Shown here: one piece after another, positions 1 to 8,291 of the stretch | How positions within the stretch are numbered: position 1 is the first letter of the stretch | How the letters are laid out: each line of letters opens with the position of its first letter | Assembly: GCA_019057385.1 (NCBI GenBank) | Contig: JAHQJS010000004.1 | Span: 160,001 to 224,000 of the forward strand | Source of the DNA: Candidatus Borrarchaeum weybense | GTDB lineage: Archaea; Asgardarchaeota; Sifarchaeia; Borrarchaeales; Borrarchaeaceae | DNA length: 64,000 nt | Direction: 5' to 3' | The notes under the pieces: generated by a model | The model's input: the letters and a program-made list of their open reading frames with translations, nothing else | Database searches by the model: none | Told to the model about the DNA's origin: nothing | Made by a program: the position numbers and the translations under genes

Positions 1-1716
1 AAGACGAAAGTGAATATTATACGAGAAAAGGCCTACAATGAGGTTATTTCAAAGATTGATGAAATCGATCTGAATCAAGAGAAAATTCTCCCAATAAATT
101 TACCTACTGGATGCGGCAAAACACTAACTGGTTTATCGTTTGCCCTTAAATTGAGAGAAAAAGTAGCGAAGCAACTCGGTTTTACTCCTAAGATTATCTA
201 TTCCTTGCCATTTCTTAGCATAATCGACCAAAACGCTAAGATTTTTGAGGATATTCTAAAACTTAAATATGGAAAAATTCCTTCCAATTTATTCCTAATA
301 CATCATCACCTTGCAGATATTGAGTATAAAGAGATTAGAGATGGCGAATTAGATATTGAAGAATTAAGCAGGTCTTTATTGCTTACTGAGGGATGGCATT
401 CAGAAATAGTAATAACCACTTTTGTCCAACTATTCCATAGTTTGATTACAAACAAAAACAGAGCAACAAGAAAGTTTCATAACATAATCAATTCTATAAT
501 TATCCTTGACGAGATCCAATCAATTCCGCATAAATATTGGCTTCTAATTAACAAAATCTTAAATTATTTAGCAGAGAATTTTAATTGTTGGATAATCTTA
601 ATGACTGCTACTGCACCACTTATTTTTGGATATGATGAAATCAAAGATCTAGTTACAAATAGAGATGAATACTTCAACATTTTTAATAGAGTTATCTTCA
701 CCTTCAACTTAAACCCCATAAACTTTGAAGACTTTAAACATGAAATCTTTAACAGAATATTGAATGATGACAGCAATATGTTGGTTGTATTGAATACTAT
801 TAATTCGTGTAAAGAGTTATACGAATTTTTAAAGGAAAAAATCATGCAAATTCAAAAGGAAAAAAAGAATATCGAAATAGATGATGATGGCATTGTCAAT
901 TTTCTGGAAATTGAACTAATCAACCTATCTACTCATATTCTTCCAAATTATCGGTTAAGAAGAATAGACAGAATCAAAGATAAAGACAACAAAAAAAGAA
1001 AAATAATTGTAACAACTCAGTTAGTCGAAGCTGGAGTTGATATCAGCGTAGATGTAGTTTACAGAGATTTTGCTCCTTTAGATTGTCTAATACAAACTGC
1101 TGGACGATGTAATAGAAACAACGAAAAAGATAAGGGTCAAGTTAATATTGTTGTTTTGAGGGACGATAAAAGACCTTATAATTCATATATTTATGATCCG
1201 ACTCTCATAAACGCAACAAAAGAAGTTATCAGAAAATTTGGCAAAATGGTTCAGGAAAAAGATTTTGCTTTAAATTCTGTTGAAAAATATTATAAACTCA
1301 TGACAGAACGCGGATCTAAAGACGTGTCTAAGAATTTATTTGAGTCGCTTACTAAGATGGACTTCTCAGAAATATCCAAGTTTAATTTAATACAAGAAAA
1401 GTTACCCTCAATTTCTATATTTGTCGAGATCGATGAAATTGCTGAAAATGTTAGGGAGAAAATGGAAGATATTGTTGAAAATAAAAAAGAAAAATTTGAA
1501 CTAAAACTAGAATTGTTAGAATTAAAAAAGCAAATAGCACAATACACAATTCAAGTGGGATTCTCTAAAAAGCTGGAAAATATGATCTTAAATCTGAAAC
1601 CTATTGATAATCTAGAAGAATTTAGATATATCAAAAAGAGCAAGTTGAAAGAGTATTACGATATAGATTCAGGCATCAAAACTAAAGATGCTGGAATTTC
1701 TGGTTATATAGTGTAA
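1..1716 (+). CDS. cas3: CRISPR-associated helicase Cas3 (type I, I-B-like), 5'-truncated by the window edge
   Basis: SF2 motifs PTGCGKT, LPFLSIIDQ, IILDEIQ, MTAT, TQLVEAGVDI, QTAGRCNR. The frame is open back to base 1, so the HD nuclease domain probably lies upstream. Confidence 0.92.
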   Translation, partial: KTKVNIIREKAYNEVISKIDEIDLNQEKILPINLPTGCGKTLTGLSFALKLREKVAKQLGFTPKIIYSLPFLSIIDQNAKIFEDILKLKYGKIPSNLFLIHHHLADIEYKEIRDGELDIEELSRSLLLTEGWHSEIVITTFVQLFHSLITNKNRATRKFHNIINSIIILDEIQSIPHKYWLLINKILNYLAENFNCWIILMTATAPLIFGYDEIKDLVTNRDEYFNIFNRVIFTFNLNPINFEDFKHEIFNRILNDDSNMLVVLNTINSCKELYEFLKEKIMQIQKEKKNIEIDDDGIVNFLEIELINLSTHILPNYRLRRIDRIKDKDNKKRKIIVTTQLVEAGVDISVDVVYRDFAPLDCLIQTAGRCNRNNEKDKGQVNIVVLRDDKRPYNSYIYDPTLINATKEVIRKFGKMVQEKDFALNSVEKYYKLMTERGSKDVSKNLFESLTKMDFSEISKFNLIQEKLPSISIFVEIDEIAENVREKMEDIVENKKEKFELKLELLELKKQIAQYTIQVGFSKKLENMILNLKPIDNLEEFRYIKKSKLKEYYDIDSGIKTKDAGISGYIV

Positions 1717-1750
1717 GAGGGTATTTTTGTCATTCATAACGCTCGATTTG

Positions 1751-2581
1751 TTATCCCTTGTTTCGGCTATACTGCATTCGAGAATAGTTTATTACACCGA
1801 GACCTGCAGTCCTTTTGATGCCTACATTGCTGTACTCTCCAAAATTTCCTAATACGTCCAACCATAGTGCATAAGGATCTTCAGAATTTCTTACAACGTA
1901 ACTACATCGGCCAGTACATCCAACAAAGGGAATACCTTTGCCTAGGTTGACCTCTCTTGTTACCAAGTCATAATCCCTTGCATAAACATTATTTGATACA
2001 AAAGAATGTAATTGATCCACGTCAACTTTTGTTTCTGGAGCATATTTATTCCACAGATTCGCTAAATTTGAGAAGAGTAGCCTTGGCTCAGGAAATATCA
2101 AAGGAAACTTTACTCCTATCAAACTGAACTGAGTAGGTGTAACGAATGAGAACCCAAAGCGAGTAACTTTTTTAGCAGCTTCTACGAGTTCTTGATATGT
2201 ACACCTATTAATCTGAATATTCACAAGACTGAAGAAAACATCGTTTAGTTGTACCCGAAGAGGTTTATCGCTAAAAAAAATATTTATTAATAAATTGACA
2301 AGCTCTTGGTCAAAAAAACTCATGGGCATAGTGAAAGTTGTGCCTTCCTTTATCTCTATTGCACCAGTAATCCTTTTTCTACGAAGATCTTTTGAAAAGA
2401 GTGCCCCGACACAATAAGGGCGAATATTTGATGTGTCATGTAATTTTTTCGCTAAGGTTATATTTTGCGATTTAATCAGATCCAAAAATGCTGCTCGAAA
2501 GAGGTGGCCAATAAACGGTGGTAGTACTCCCTCTGTGTTTGCCATAAGAAGAAACTTAATTCGTGTAATCAATGTTATCAC
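1751..2581 (-). CDS. cas6: CRISPR pre-crRNA processing endoribonuclease Cas6
   Basis: RAMP features FVTPTQF, PEPRLLFSNL, FVGCTG and the Gly-rich C-terminal loop VGIKRTAGLG. Adjacent to the array and convergent with cas3. Confidence 0.9.
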   Translation of the reverse strand: MITLITRIKFLLMANTEGVLPPFIGHLFRAAFLDLIKSQNITLAKKLHDTSNIRPYCVGALFSKDLRRKRITGAIEIKEGTTFTMPMSFFDQELVNLLINIFFSDKPLRVQLNDVFFSLVNIQINRCTYQELVEAAKKVTRFGFSFVTPTQFSLIGVKFPLIFPEPRLLFSNLANLWNKYAPETKVDVDQLHSFVSNNVYARDYDLVTREVNLGKGIPFVGCTGRCSYVVRNSEDPYALWLDVLGNFGEYSNVGIKRTAGLGVINYSRMQYSRNKG

Positions 2582-2760
2582 TATTAACTAATATCCAACT
2601 AATGTAGGGAATATAAATTTCATTTAAATAAGCCTATTCGCCTTTAACTTTTTTCATATGTAGTTTGAATCCTTGCCACCTAATTACATACTACAAACCT
2701 CATTACATATATAGATTAAAGACAAAAAATAGATGATTTTATAAAGCAGGATAAAAGTAG

Positions 2761-2947
2761 ATTTTAAAAGAATTCCTTAAGTAACAAGGATTGAAAGGAT
2801 AGAGTTATTCTGATCAGGGAAGAAGACGCGCCTGAATTGCAAAAGAATTCTTTACCTAATAAGGATTGAAAGATTTCTAAAGTTTCAAACATTAATTTTG
2901 CATCTTCTGCGTCGCAAAAGAATTCCTTACGTAATAAGGATCGCCAG
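2761..2947 (+). CRISPR. CRISPR mini-array: 3 degenerate 37-nt repeats and 2 spacers of 38 nt
   Basis: R1 2761-2797 ATTTTAAAAGAATTCCTTAAGTAACAAGGATTGAAAG; R2 2836-2872 ATTGCAAAAGAATTCTTTACCTAATAAGGATTGAAAG; R3 2911-2947 GTCGCAAAAGAATTCCTTACGTAATAAGGATCGCCAG (3' end decayed). Spacers 2798-2835 and 2873-2910. Internal TCCTTA/TAAGGA hairpin and ATTGAAAG 3' handle. Confidence 0.9.
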
Positions 2948-2990
2948 ACTTTTGATTCTGAAACGAAAATGGCATTTCCATCAATGGTAT

Positions 2991-4061
2991 TTATTTCTCA
3001 ATGATTGTCTCCGAAATCTTTGTACCAAAATGCCGGCCTCCTTCCTCAGCATGAATTAATATCGTGTCTCCTGTCTTAAGATTAGTTACTGATATTGGTT
3101 TCCCGCTACCATCGACTAGGCGGATAGTTTCAGCATTTTGCAGAAGTATTTTATAAACCGTTGCATTATATTCAGCTTCCACCAAAAGAAGTGGTCTACT
3201 CTCTATTTTAGAACGGCCTACAATGACAATACGTGCGGTACCATCGTTTTTAACAGCCAAAATTTCGTTTCCCGCCTTAATTTCAGATAAATATTTCGTT
3301 TTTTTGTCCTTAGCGAGTATATATGAATGAACTGCGCCAGCATTTACCCGAAAAGGTCGTGTTTCTACATAAGGACTCTCAACGGTTTCACTATGAACTA
3401 AAAAATATCCTCCGCTTTGTGATCCGACTAACATTCCTTCTCCTAAAGATAACATTGAACATGTATCAATACATGCCCTGTCGCCCATGCCTACCTCTTT
3501 TATGGTAATAATCTCGGCTTTAGAGAGTGCGATCTTTATTTTATTCACGTCTTTCAGTAAATCTGCAGCGTTTGTTATGTCACTAAGTATATCAGGCTTC
3601 AGTAAAATCCCATCAGCACCTTTTTCTAAAATCTCTATATTCAATTTCGCTTCAGCAATATCTTTGGAAACCGCGATAATTTTGCAATCTTTGATTTCAG
3701 CGATCAGATTTTCAAGTGGGATAATTTTCCATTCGGTCCCTTCAACTATTACCGCCTGTGCCTTTTTAGAGGCTTCAACTACTCGTCGTTCATCTTCTTT
3801 TGAATTAATGATGATATATGGGACGGTATGGTCGTTTATGCCCTTGATATCGTCATCAGATAAAATTTCTACTAATTTAAAATCGGCATCGGTCCCTCCG
3901 AGGGTTGTAATACTCCCTAATTCTTTCACTTTACTTGATTCTCCTTCTTTGACCATTATTTTGGAGGCATCTGACTCTAATGACTTGGTGATATACTTCT
4001 TACGTTGATTCCAGTCGAGATCTTTATGAGCAGCATTTATCCAGAGTTCTTTTGCATTCAT
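2991..4061 (-). CDS. aroB': 3-dehydroquinate synthase II (archaeal AroB')
   Basis: WKIIPLENLIA, GDRACIDTCS, HSETVESPYVETRPFRVNAGAVHSY, ILLQNAETIRL, GRHFG. Start set at ATG 4061 after an SD (GGTGA). Confidence 0.93.
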   Translation of the reverse strand: MNAKELWINAAHKDLDWNQRKKYITKSLESDASKIMVKEGESSKVKELGSITTLGGTDADFKLVEILSDDDIKGINDHTVPYIIINSKEDERRVVEASKKAQAVIVEGTEWKIIPLENLIAEIKDCKIIAVSKDIAEAKLNIEILEKGADGILLKPDILSDITNAADLLKDVNKIKIALSKAEIITIKEVGMGDRACIDTCSMLSLGEGMLVGSQSGGYFLVHSETVESPYVETRPFRVNAGAVHSYILAKDKKTKYLSEIKAGNEILAVKNDGTARIVIVGRSKIESRPLLLVEAEYNATVYKILLQNAETIRLVDGSGKPISVTNLKTGDTILIHAEEGGRHFGTKISETIIEK

Positions 4062-4179
4062 TACTATCACCAAAATATGTTTAGAAACCAAATATTTGGA
4101 AAATATGTTGAGGCGGTAGTCGCTAATTCTTTAATTTCTTCAAATTTTCCTTCTAATTGCAGGATAATTTGTTTATCCG

Positions 4180-4962
4180 TCAAATTTTCACTACCTCCAG
4201 CGTCTCATCAACTGTCCATCCGTCATACACAATTTTTACAATCGCTTGGACTATCCCTGTCGGATTATTGTGTTGAAACACATTTCTGCCAAAAGTAAGC
4301 CCCATACAACCAGATTTCATGGCACCTTCTACCATCTCAAGCACTGCTCTATCATTATCCGCCTTTTCACCTCCAGCGATAACTATTGGCACAGGACATC
4401 CACGAACAATATCTTTGAAAGTCTCTGGCGAACCCGTATAATTACATTTTACGATATCAGCGCCCAATTCAGCGCCAATTCGTGCAACCATAGCGATATT
4501 TTTGGGATCTAATGGATCTTTCACGTTTTCTCCACGAGCATACATCATTGCAATCAAAGGAATTTGCCACTGATCACATTTATCTGCGAATTCGCCGAGT
4601 TTGAGTAGCATCTCTGGTTCTGTTTTACAGCCTATGTTGATATGCAGACTGACCGCATCAGCACCGAGCCTTATAGCTTCTTCAACTGATCCTGTCCTGA
4701 CCTTTTTGTTTGAGTCTGGTCCCAAAGAGGTGCTTGCAGAAAAATGGGCAATGAGCCCGCAATTCGGGACTGCTTTTAAAGATCGTATGATACCTTTATG
4801 AAGCAAGACAGCACTTGCACCGCCTTCCACAACCTTAAAAACAGTTTCATCCATATCTACTATGCCTTTCACAGGCCCTAGACTCACTCCATGATCCATT
4901 GGTATAATGATTGCTTTACCATTTTTTAAAATTCTATTTAATCTAACTTCTTTTCCGTTCAT
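4180..4962 (-). CDS. aroA': 2-amino-3,7-dideoxy-D-threo-hept-6-ulosonate synthase (AroA', class I aldolase DhnA family)
   Basis: PMDHGVSLGP, ELGADIVKCNYTG (Schiff-base Lys), GRNVFQH. Directly upstream of aroB'. Confidence 0.9.
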   Translation of the reverse strand: MNGKEVRLNRILKNGKAIIIPMDHGVSLGPVKGIVDMDETVFKVVEGGASAVLLHKGIIRSLKAVPNCGLIAHFSASTSLGPDSNKKVRTGSVEEAIRLGADAVSLHINIGCKTEPEMLLKLGEFADKCDQWQIPLIAMMYARGENVKDPLDPKNIAMVARIGAELGADIVKCNYTGSPETFKDIVRGCPVPIVIAGGEKADNDRAVLEMVEGAMKSGCMGLTFGRNVFQHNNPTGIVQAIVKIVYDGWTVDETLEVVKI

Positions 4963-4987
4963 AATCTTACCCCCTATTAATTTTTTA

Positions 4988-6223
4988 TTAATTTGGCAAG
5001 TTAAGGGCTTCTTTTACTTGTTTAAGTGCGCTTTCTCTCTCGTTCCAGTTTACAAAAACCCGGATATTTGAGTTTATAGTGAGAAAACCATAGAGGTTCA
5101 TTTCCGTAAAGGGGTAACTTATCCGCTCAATAACACCCGGCGTAGTCTCAAGATCTCGTCCACTAATCGTTATAAGTGCTAAATCATTATGATTGGTTAT
5201 TGCCTTGCCAATTTTGGCTTCGATCATTTTTTTATGAAGTATCTCAACTAAAGAACCAGAATCTGTTTCAGGGATAGTTGCATAGAATATTACAGATCCA
5301 CTCTCTAGCGATGCACCGACAAGTTCGCATCCCATCTGTTGTATTTCATCGATAAATAAGTGGATATTTTTGGCTTTAACGACCTCTTTGCCGATTATAG
5401 TAATCATCTGTAGCCTTTGATTGAAAAGCGAGGCATGAAGGTCAGGGAATACCGCACCACTAATAATCGTTCCTCCCTCAGAGATATGTCCGTTAGAGAA
5501 TCCAACAATGCGGATATTCATGTCTTTTGGCTTAAATCTCAATGCTTTATTATGGATGACTTTTGCTCCTGCGGAAGTTAAGGACATGACCTCTTCAACA
5601 TCCAAATGTTCTATAAGCGCTGTTTCATGGATCTTCTTAGGGTCACCTGAAAAAACGCCCTCCACATCTTTGACTAAAATCACTTCAGAAGCGTTTAAAC
5701 AGTTACCAAGTATCACCGCAGTCGTATCCGCACCACCGCGTCCTAATGTCGTGATTTTATCTGTAATTCGGTCCTTGCCTAAAAATCCTGGAATAACAGG
5801 GACTTTATTTTCAGCAAGAAGTGGCAGGATGTGTTCTTGTATCGCCTGCTGCGTTTCCACCATATCTGGCTCAGCATCTCCATGTCTTGAATTCGTGTAG
5901 ATGGGCCACGAATCAGAAACAGGATCAATTAAAGCAGCATCCATATTTTTGCTAGTGAGTGAACTCATCATCAAACGTGCGCTTGTGCGTTCGCCCATAG
6001 CGAGAATATCATCCATCTCATGTAATTTAACTTTTCCGTTGGTGCAAGATTGTGCGAGCGAGAGGAGACTGTCCGTCATGCCGTTCAAAGCCGATACTAC
6101 GACTACAAGGCCTTTTACCTGAGCAAGTTCATTAAGAATGTGATCAGCAGCCTGTCCTATTGCTTCACCAGAGCCTAGACATGAACCTCCAAACTTTACC
6201 ACAACGATAGAATCTTTAACCAT
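4988..6223 (-). CDS. lysC: Aspartate kinase with C-terminal ACT domains
   Basis: VVKFGGS, VVVSA, GERTS, TTLGRGGADTTA, KDVEGVFSGDP. SD GGAGG at 6235-6231, ATG at 6223. Confidence 0.93.
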   Translation of the reverse strand: MVKDSIVVVKFGGSCLGSGEAIGQAADHILNELAQVKGLVVVVSALNGMTDSLLSLAQSCTNGKVKLHEMDDILAMGERTSARLMMSSLTSKNMDAALIDPVSDSWPIYTNSRHGDAEPDMVETQQAIQEHILPLLAENKVPVIPGFLGKDRITDKITTLGRGGADTTAVILGNCLNASEVILVKDVEGVFSGDPKKIHETALIEHLDVEEVMSLTSAGAKVIHNKALRFKPKDMNIRIVGFSNGHISEGGTIISGAVFPDLHASLFNQRLQMITIIGKEVVKAKNIHLFIDEIQQMGCELVGASLESGSVIFYATIPETDSGSLVEILHKKMIEAKIGKAITNHNDLALITISGRDLETTPGVIERISYPFTEMNLYGFLTINSNIRVFVNWNERESALKQVKEALNLPN

Positions 6224-6253
6224 CAAAAAACCTCCAGAAAATCGCTTTATCCG

Positions 6254-6310
6254 CTAGAAGCGGAAATAGCTATAAAAGCTAAAGCTAGTAAAATAACTCC
6301 AAGAGGGCAT
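6254..6310 (-). CDS. Putative aromatic-rich leader peptide MPSWSYFTSFSFYSYFRF
   Basis: ATG 6310 to TAG 6254. 9 of 18 residues are W/Y/F. Ends 30 nt before the lysC ATG and lies downstream of a TATA-like box. Confidence 0.5.
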   Translation of the reverse strand: MPSWSYFTSFSFYSYFRF

Positions 6311-6352
6311 TGCATATGCGTCAGAAAACGAAGAAAGCTTGTATTCTAGTTC

Positions 6353-6372
6353 TTTAAATAACATTTCATTCG
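6353..6372 (-). promoter_or_regulatory. BRE/TATA-like promoter for the leader-lysC-aroA'-aroB' operon
   Basis: Minus strand CGAATGAAATG-TTATTTAAAG, 43-51 nt upstream of the leader ATG. Confidence 0.45.
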
Positions 6373-6522
6373 AAAGCCAAGAGGTGTAACCTAAGCAATC
6401 CAATGGTGTCATCTTAGTAAAAATTAGTCCTCCGCACCACAGACACCTCTCATGCGAAACAATAGGCAACACCCTATTTTATATTAGTACGCTCTCTATT
6501 TCATATCTATCTTATAAACCTT

Positions 6523-7056
6523 ATGTTGGTTAGCTTTGGAGAGCTAATTATTCTGGTGGTGAGCTTTTTAAAAATCGAGTTAGAAGTTGAACTTACTGAC
6601 AAACCGGGAGAACTAGTAAGGTGTTTAGAACCCATATCTGCTCAAGGAGGAAATATTTTACAAGTTATTCACCATAGGTCATTAGATGTTGGAAAAGGAG
6701 TAGCACCTGTTTCAATTCATTTTGAAGTTGAAAACATCGATGTGATTGAAGATATTAAGAATGCCATCGAGCAGCAGGGTGTGCATGTAGTAAAATGGGA
6801 ACAAGAGTTTGTAGGGTTCAAGAAAATTGTGCTTCTTATCGGACATGTTTTTCAGAAGGATATCACAGATACAATTATTCGTCTTCTTGACAGTGGTGTT
6901 TTAGTGAATGAAGTTAATGCAAAAATCACGCAGAAAGAGGAAGTTTCAACCGTGAAGTTTTCGATTGTAGGTGATACCGAACAGAAGATTCAGGAAGCCA
7001 TGAAGCTTTGTAAAGAAATCTCAATGGAAAAAGGGCTATTCCTAATCAGAGGTTGA
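6523..7056 (+). CDS. ACT-domain protein (putative allosteric partner of homoserine dehydrogenase)
   Basis: ELTDKPGEL...GGNILQVIH ACT motif, second ACT-like half LIGHVF. Overlaps the hom start. True start may be slightly downstream. Confidence 0.85.
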   Translation: MLVSFGELIILVVSFLKIELEVELTDKPGELVRCLEPISAQGGNILQVIHHRSLDVGKGVAPVSIHFEVENIDVIEDIKNAIEQQGVHVVKWEQEFVGFKKIVLLIGHVFQKDITDTIIRLLDSGVLVNEVNAKITQKEEVSTVKFSIVGDTEQKIQEAMKLCKEISMEKGLFLIRG

Positions 7057-8069
7057 AGTCAATGAATATTGCGTTAGTAGGTTTTGGAAGTGTTGGAAAA
7101 GGCGTTGCACAAGTATTTTCAAAGAAACAAGATCATCTAAGACAAAAATATGATCTTTCCTTTTCATTTAAGGGAATCTTCACAAGTAAAGGCGCATTCT
7201 TAGATCCAAATGGATTAGATTTGCAGAATATATTGAACACAAAAGATCTAACTGCTCACCCTTCATGGAAAAAAGATCTATCTTTCATGGAGTCTATCGA
7301 TGATCTTGATGTGGACCTTGTAATCGAAGTTACGCCTACAAATATCGAGGATGGAGAGCCAGGAAAGTCGCATATAATCTCTTCAATAAAGAAAGGATGT
7401 GATGTTGTCACAGCAAACAAAGGTCCTCTTGTTGTAGCTTTTAATGAACTTACACAACTAGCTCAACAAAATGATTCTATTTTAAGATATGAAGGAAGTG
7501 TAGCAGGCGGAATCCCCGTATTTAATTTAGTACGTAAGTCCTTGCAAGGTAATACCATTCATTCGCTAAAAGGAATTTTAAACGGTACATCTAACTTTAT
7601 TCTCACTCAGATGACCTATGAAAGAACGTCTTTTAAAAGCGCATTAAAAACGGCCCAGGAGTTAGGATATGCAGAGGCAGATCCCACATACGATGTCGAA
7701 GGTATCGATGCTGCAAGTAAAACCGTAATACTAGCGAATGGGCTATTTGGCATGAATAAAGGTATCGATGATGTTTACATTCAAGGTATCACTAAAGTGA
7801 CTCCAGAAGCTATTGAACTCGCTGGCAATGATAACTTTCTCATCAAACATATCGCATCCATTGAAGATGGACAAATTGAGGTTGCACCAAGACTCATTCC
7901 AGTTACTTCCACTCTTGCGGTGAATGGAACGCTCAATGTAATATCACTGCAAACAGATCTTGCAAAAGAAATAACAATTATTGGTAGAGGTGCGGGTGGT
8001 GAGGAAACCGCAAGTGCAATATTGAGCGACGTTATCAATATTCATTGTGCACGAACTACTCTATCCTAA
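7053..8069 (+). CDS. hom: Homoserine dehydrogenase
   Basis: GFGSVG Rossmann motif, VVTANKGP, YEGSVAGGIP, GILNGTSN, ELGYAEADPTYDVEGIDAASK, GRGAGGEETASA. Confidence 0.95.
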   Translation: MKSMNIALVGFGSVGKGVAQVFSKKQDHLRQKYDLSFSFKGIFTSKGAFLDPNGLDLQNILNTKDLTAHPSWKKDLSFMESIDDLDVDLVIEVTPTNIEDGEPGKSHIISSIKKGCDVVTANKGPLVVAFNELTQLAQQNDSILRYEGSVAGGIPVFNLVRKSLQGNTIHSLKGILNGTSNFILTQMTYERTSFKSALKTAQELGYAEADPTYDVEGIDAASKTVILANGLFGMNKGIDDVYIQGITKVTPEAIELAGNDNFLIKHIASIEDGQIEVAPRLIPVTSTLAVNGTLNVISLQTDLAKEITIIGRGAGGEETASAILSDVINIHCARTTLS

Positions 8070-8182
8070 CGTGAACTACCATCTAACAAGTTGAATGATT
8101 TCCTGAATCATTCATCTCTCAGTGGAGCAGATAAAGTTAGGGCTCGTCAACAACTTTGTGAAAAATAAAAAATTGAAGGAAA

Positions 8183-8219
8183 ATGAAAAAAGAGCATATG
8201 TTATAATAAGAATTGAAAG
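8183..8219 (+). repeat. Degenerate inverted copy of the CRISPR repeat (anti-repeat)
   Basis: ATGAAAAAAGAGCATATGTTATAATAAGAATTGAAAG: 23/37 identical to the consensus, 15 of the last 16 nt identical. Separated from the solo repeat by 33 nt. Confidence 0.5.
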
Positions 8220-8252
8220 TAAAAAGAAGAGAACGGATGAGAAGAGCCTGTT

Positions 8253-8289
8253 ATTTCAATCCTTATTACGTAAGGAATTCTTTTGCAAC
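8253..8289 (-). CRISPR. Solitary intact CRISPR repeat (same family as the array)
   Basis: Minus strand GTTGCAAAAGAATTCCTTACGTAATAAGGATTGAAAT (37 nt), matching the array consensus. Starts 2 nt after the TAG of the 8292-9830 gene. Confidence 0.9.
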
Positions 8290-8291
8290 CT

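Noticed and set aside
2620-2640. Possible target of the solo-repeat guide (AACAGGCT vs AATAGGCT) at the cas6 promoter
   Set aside because: Only 7/8 nt match, with a mismatch at seed position 3 and little pairing beyond; not distinguishable from chance.
6254-6472. 72-aa ORF-track call upstream of lysC as a full protein
   Set aside because: Its 5' part spans the probable TATA box and has no recognisable domain; only the final 18 codons are retained as a leader-peptide candidate.
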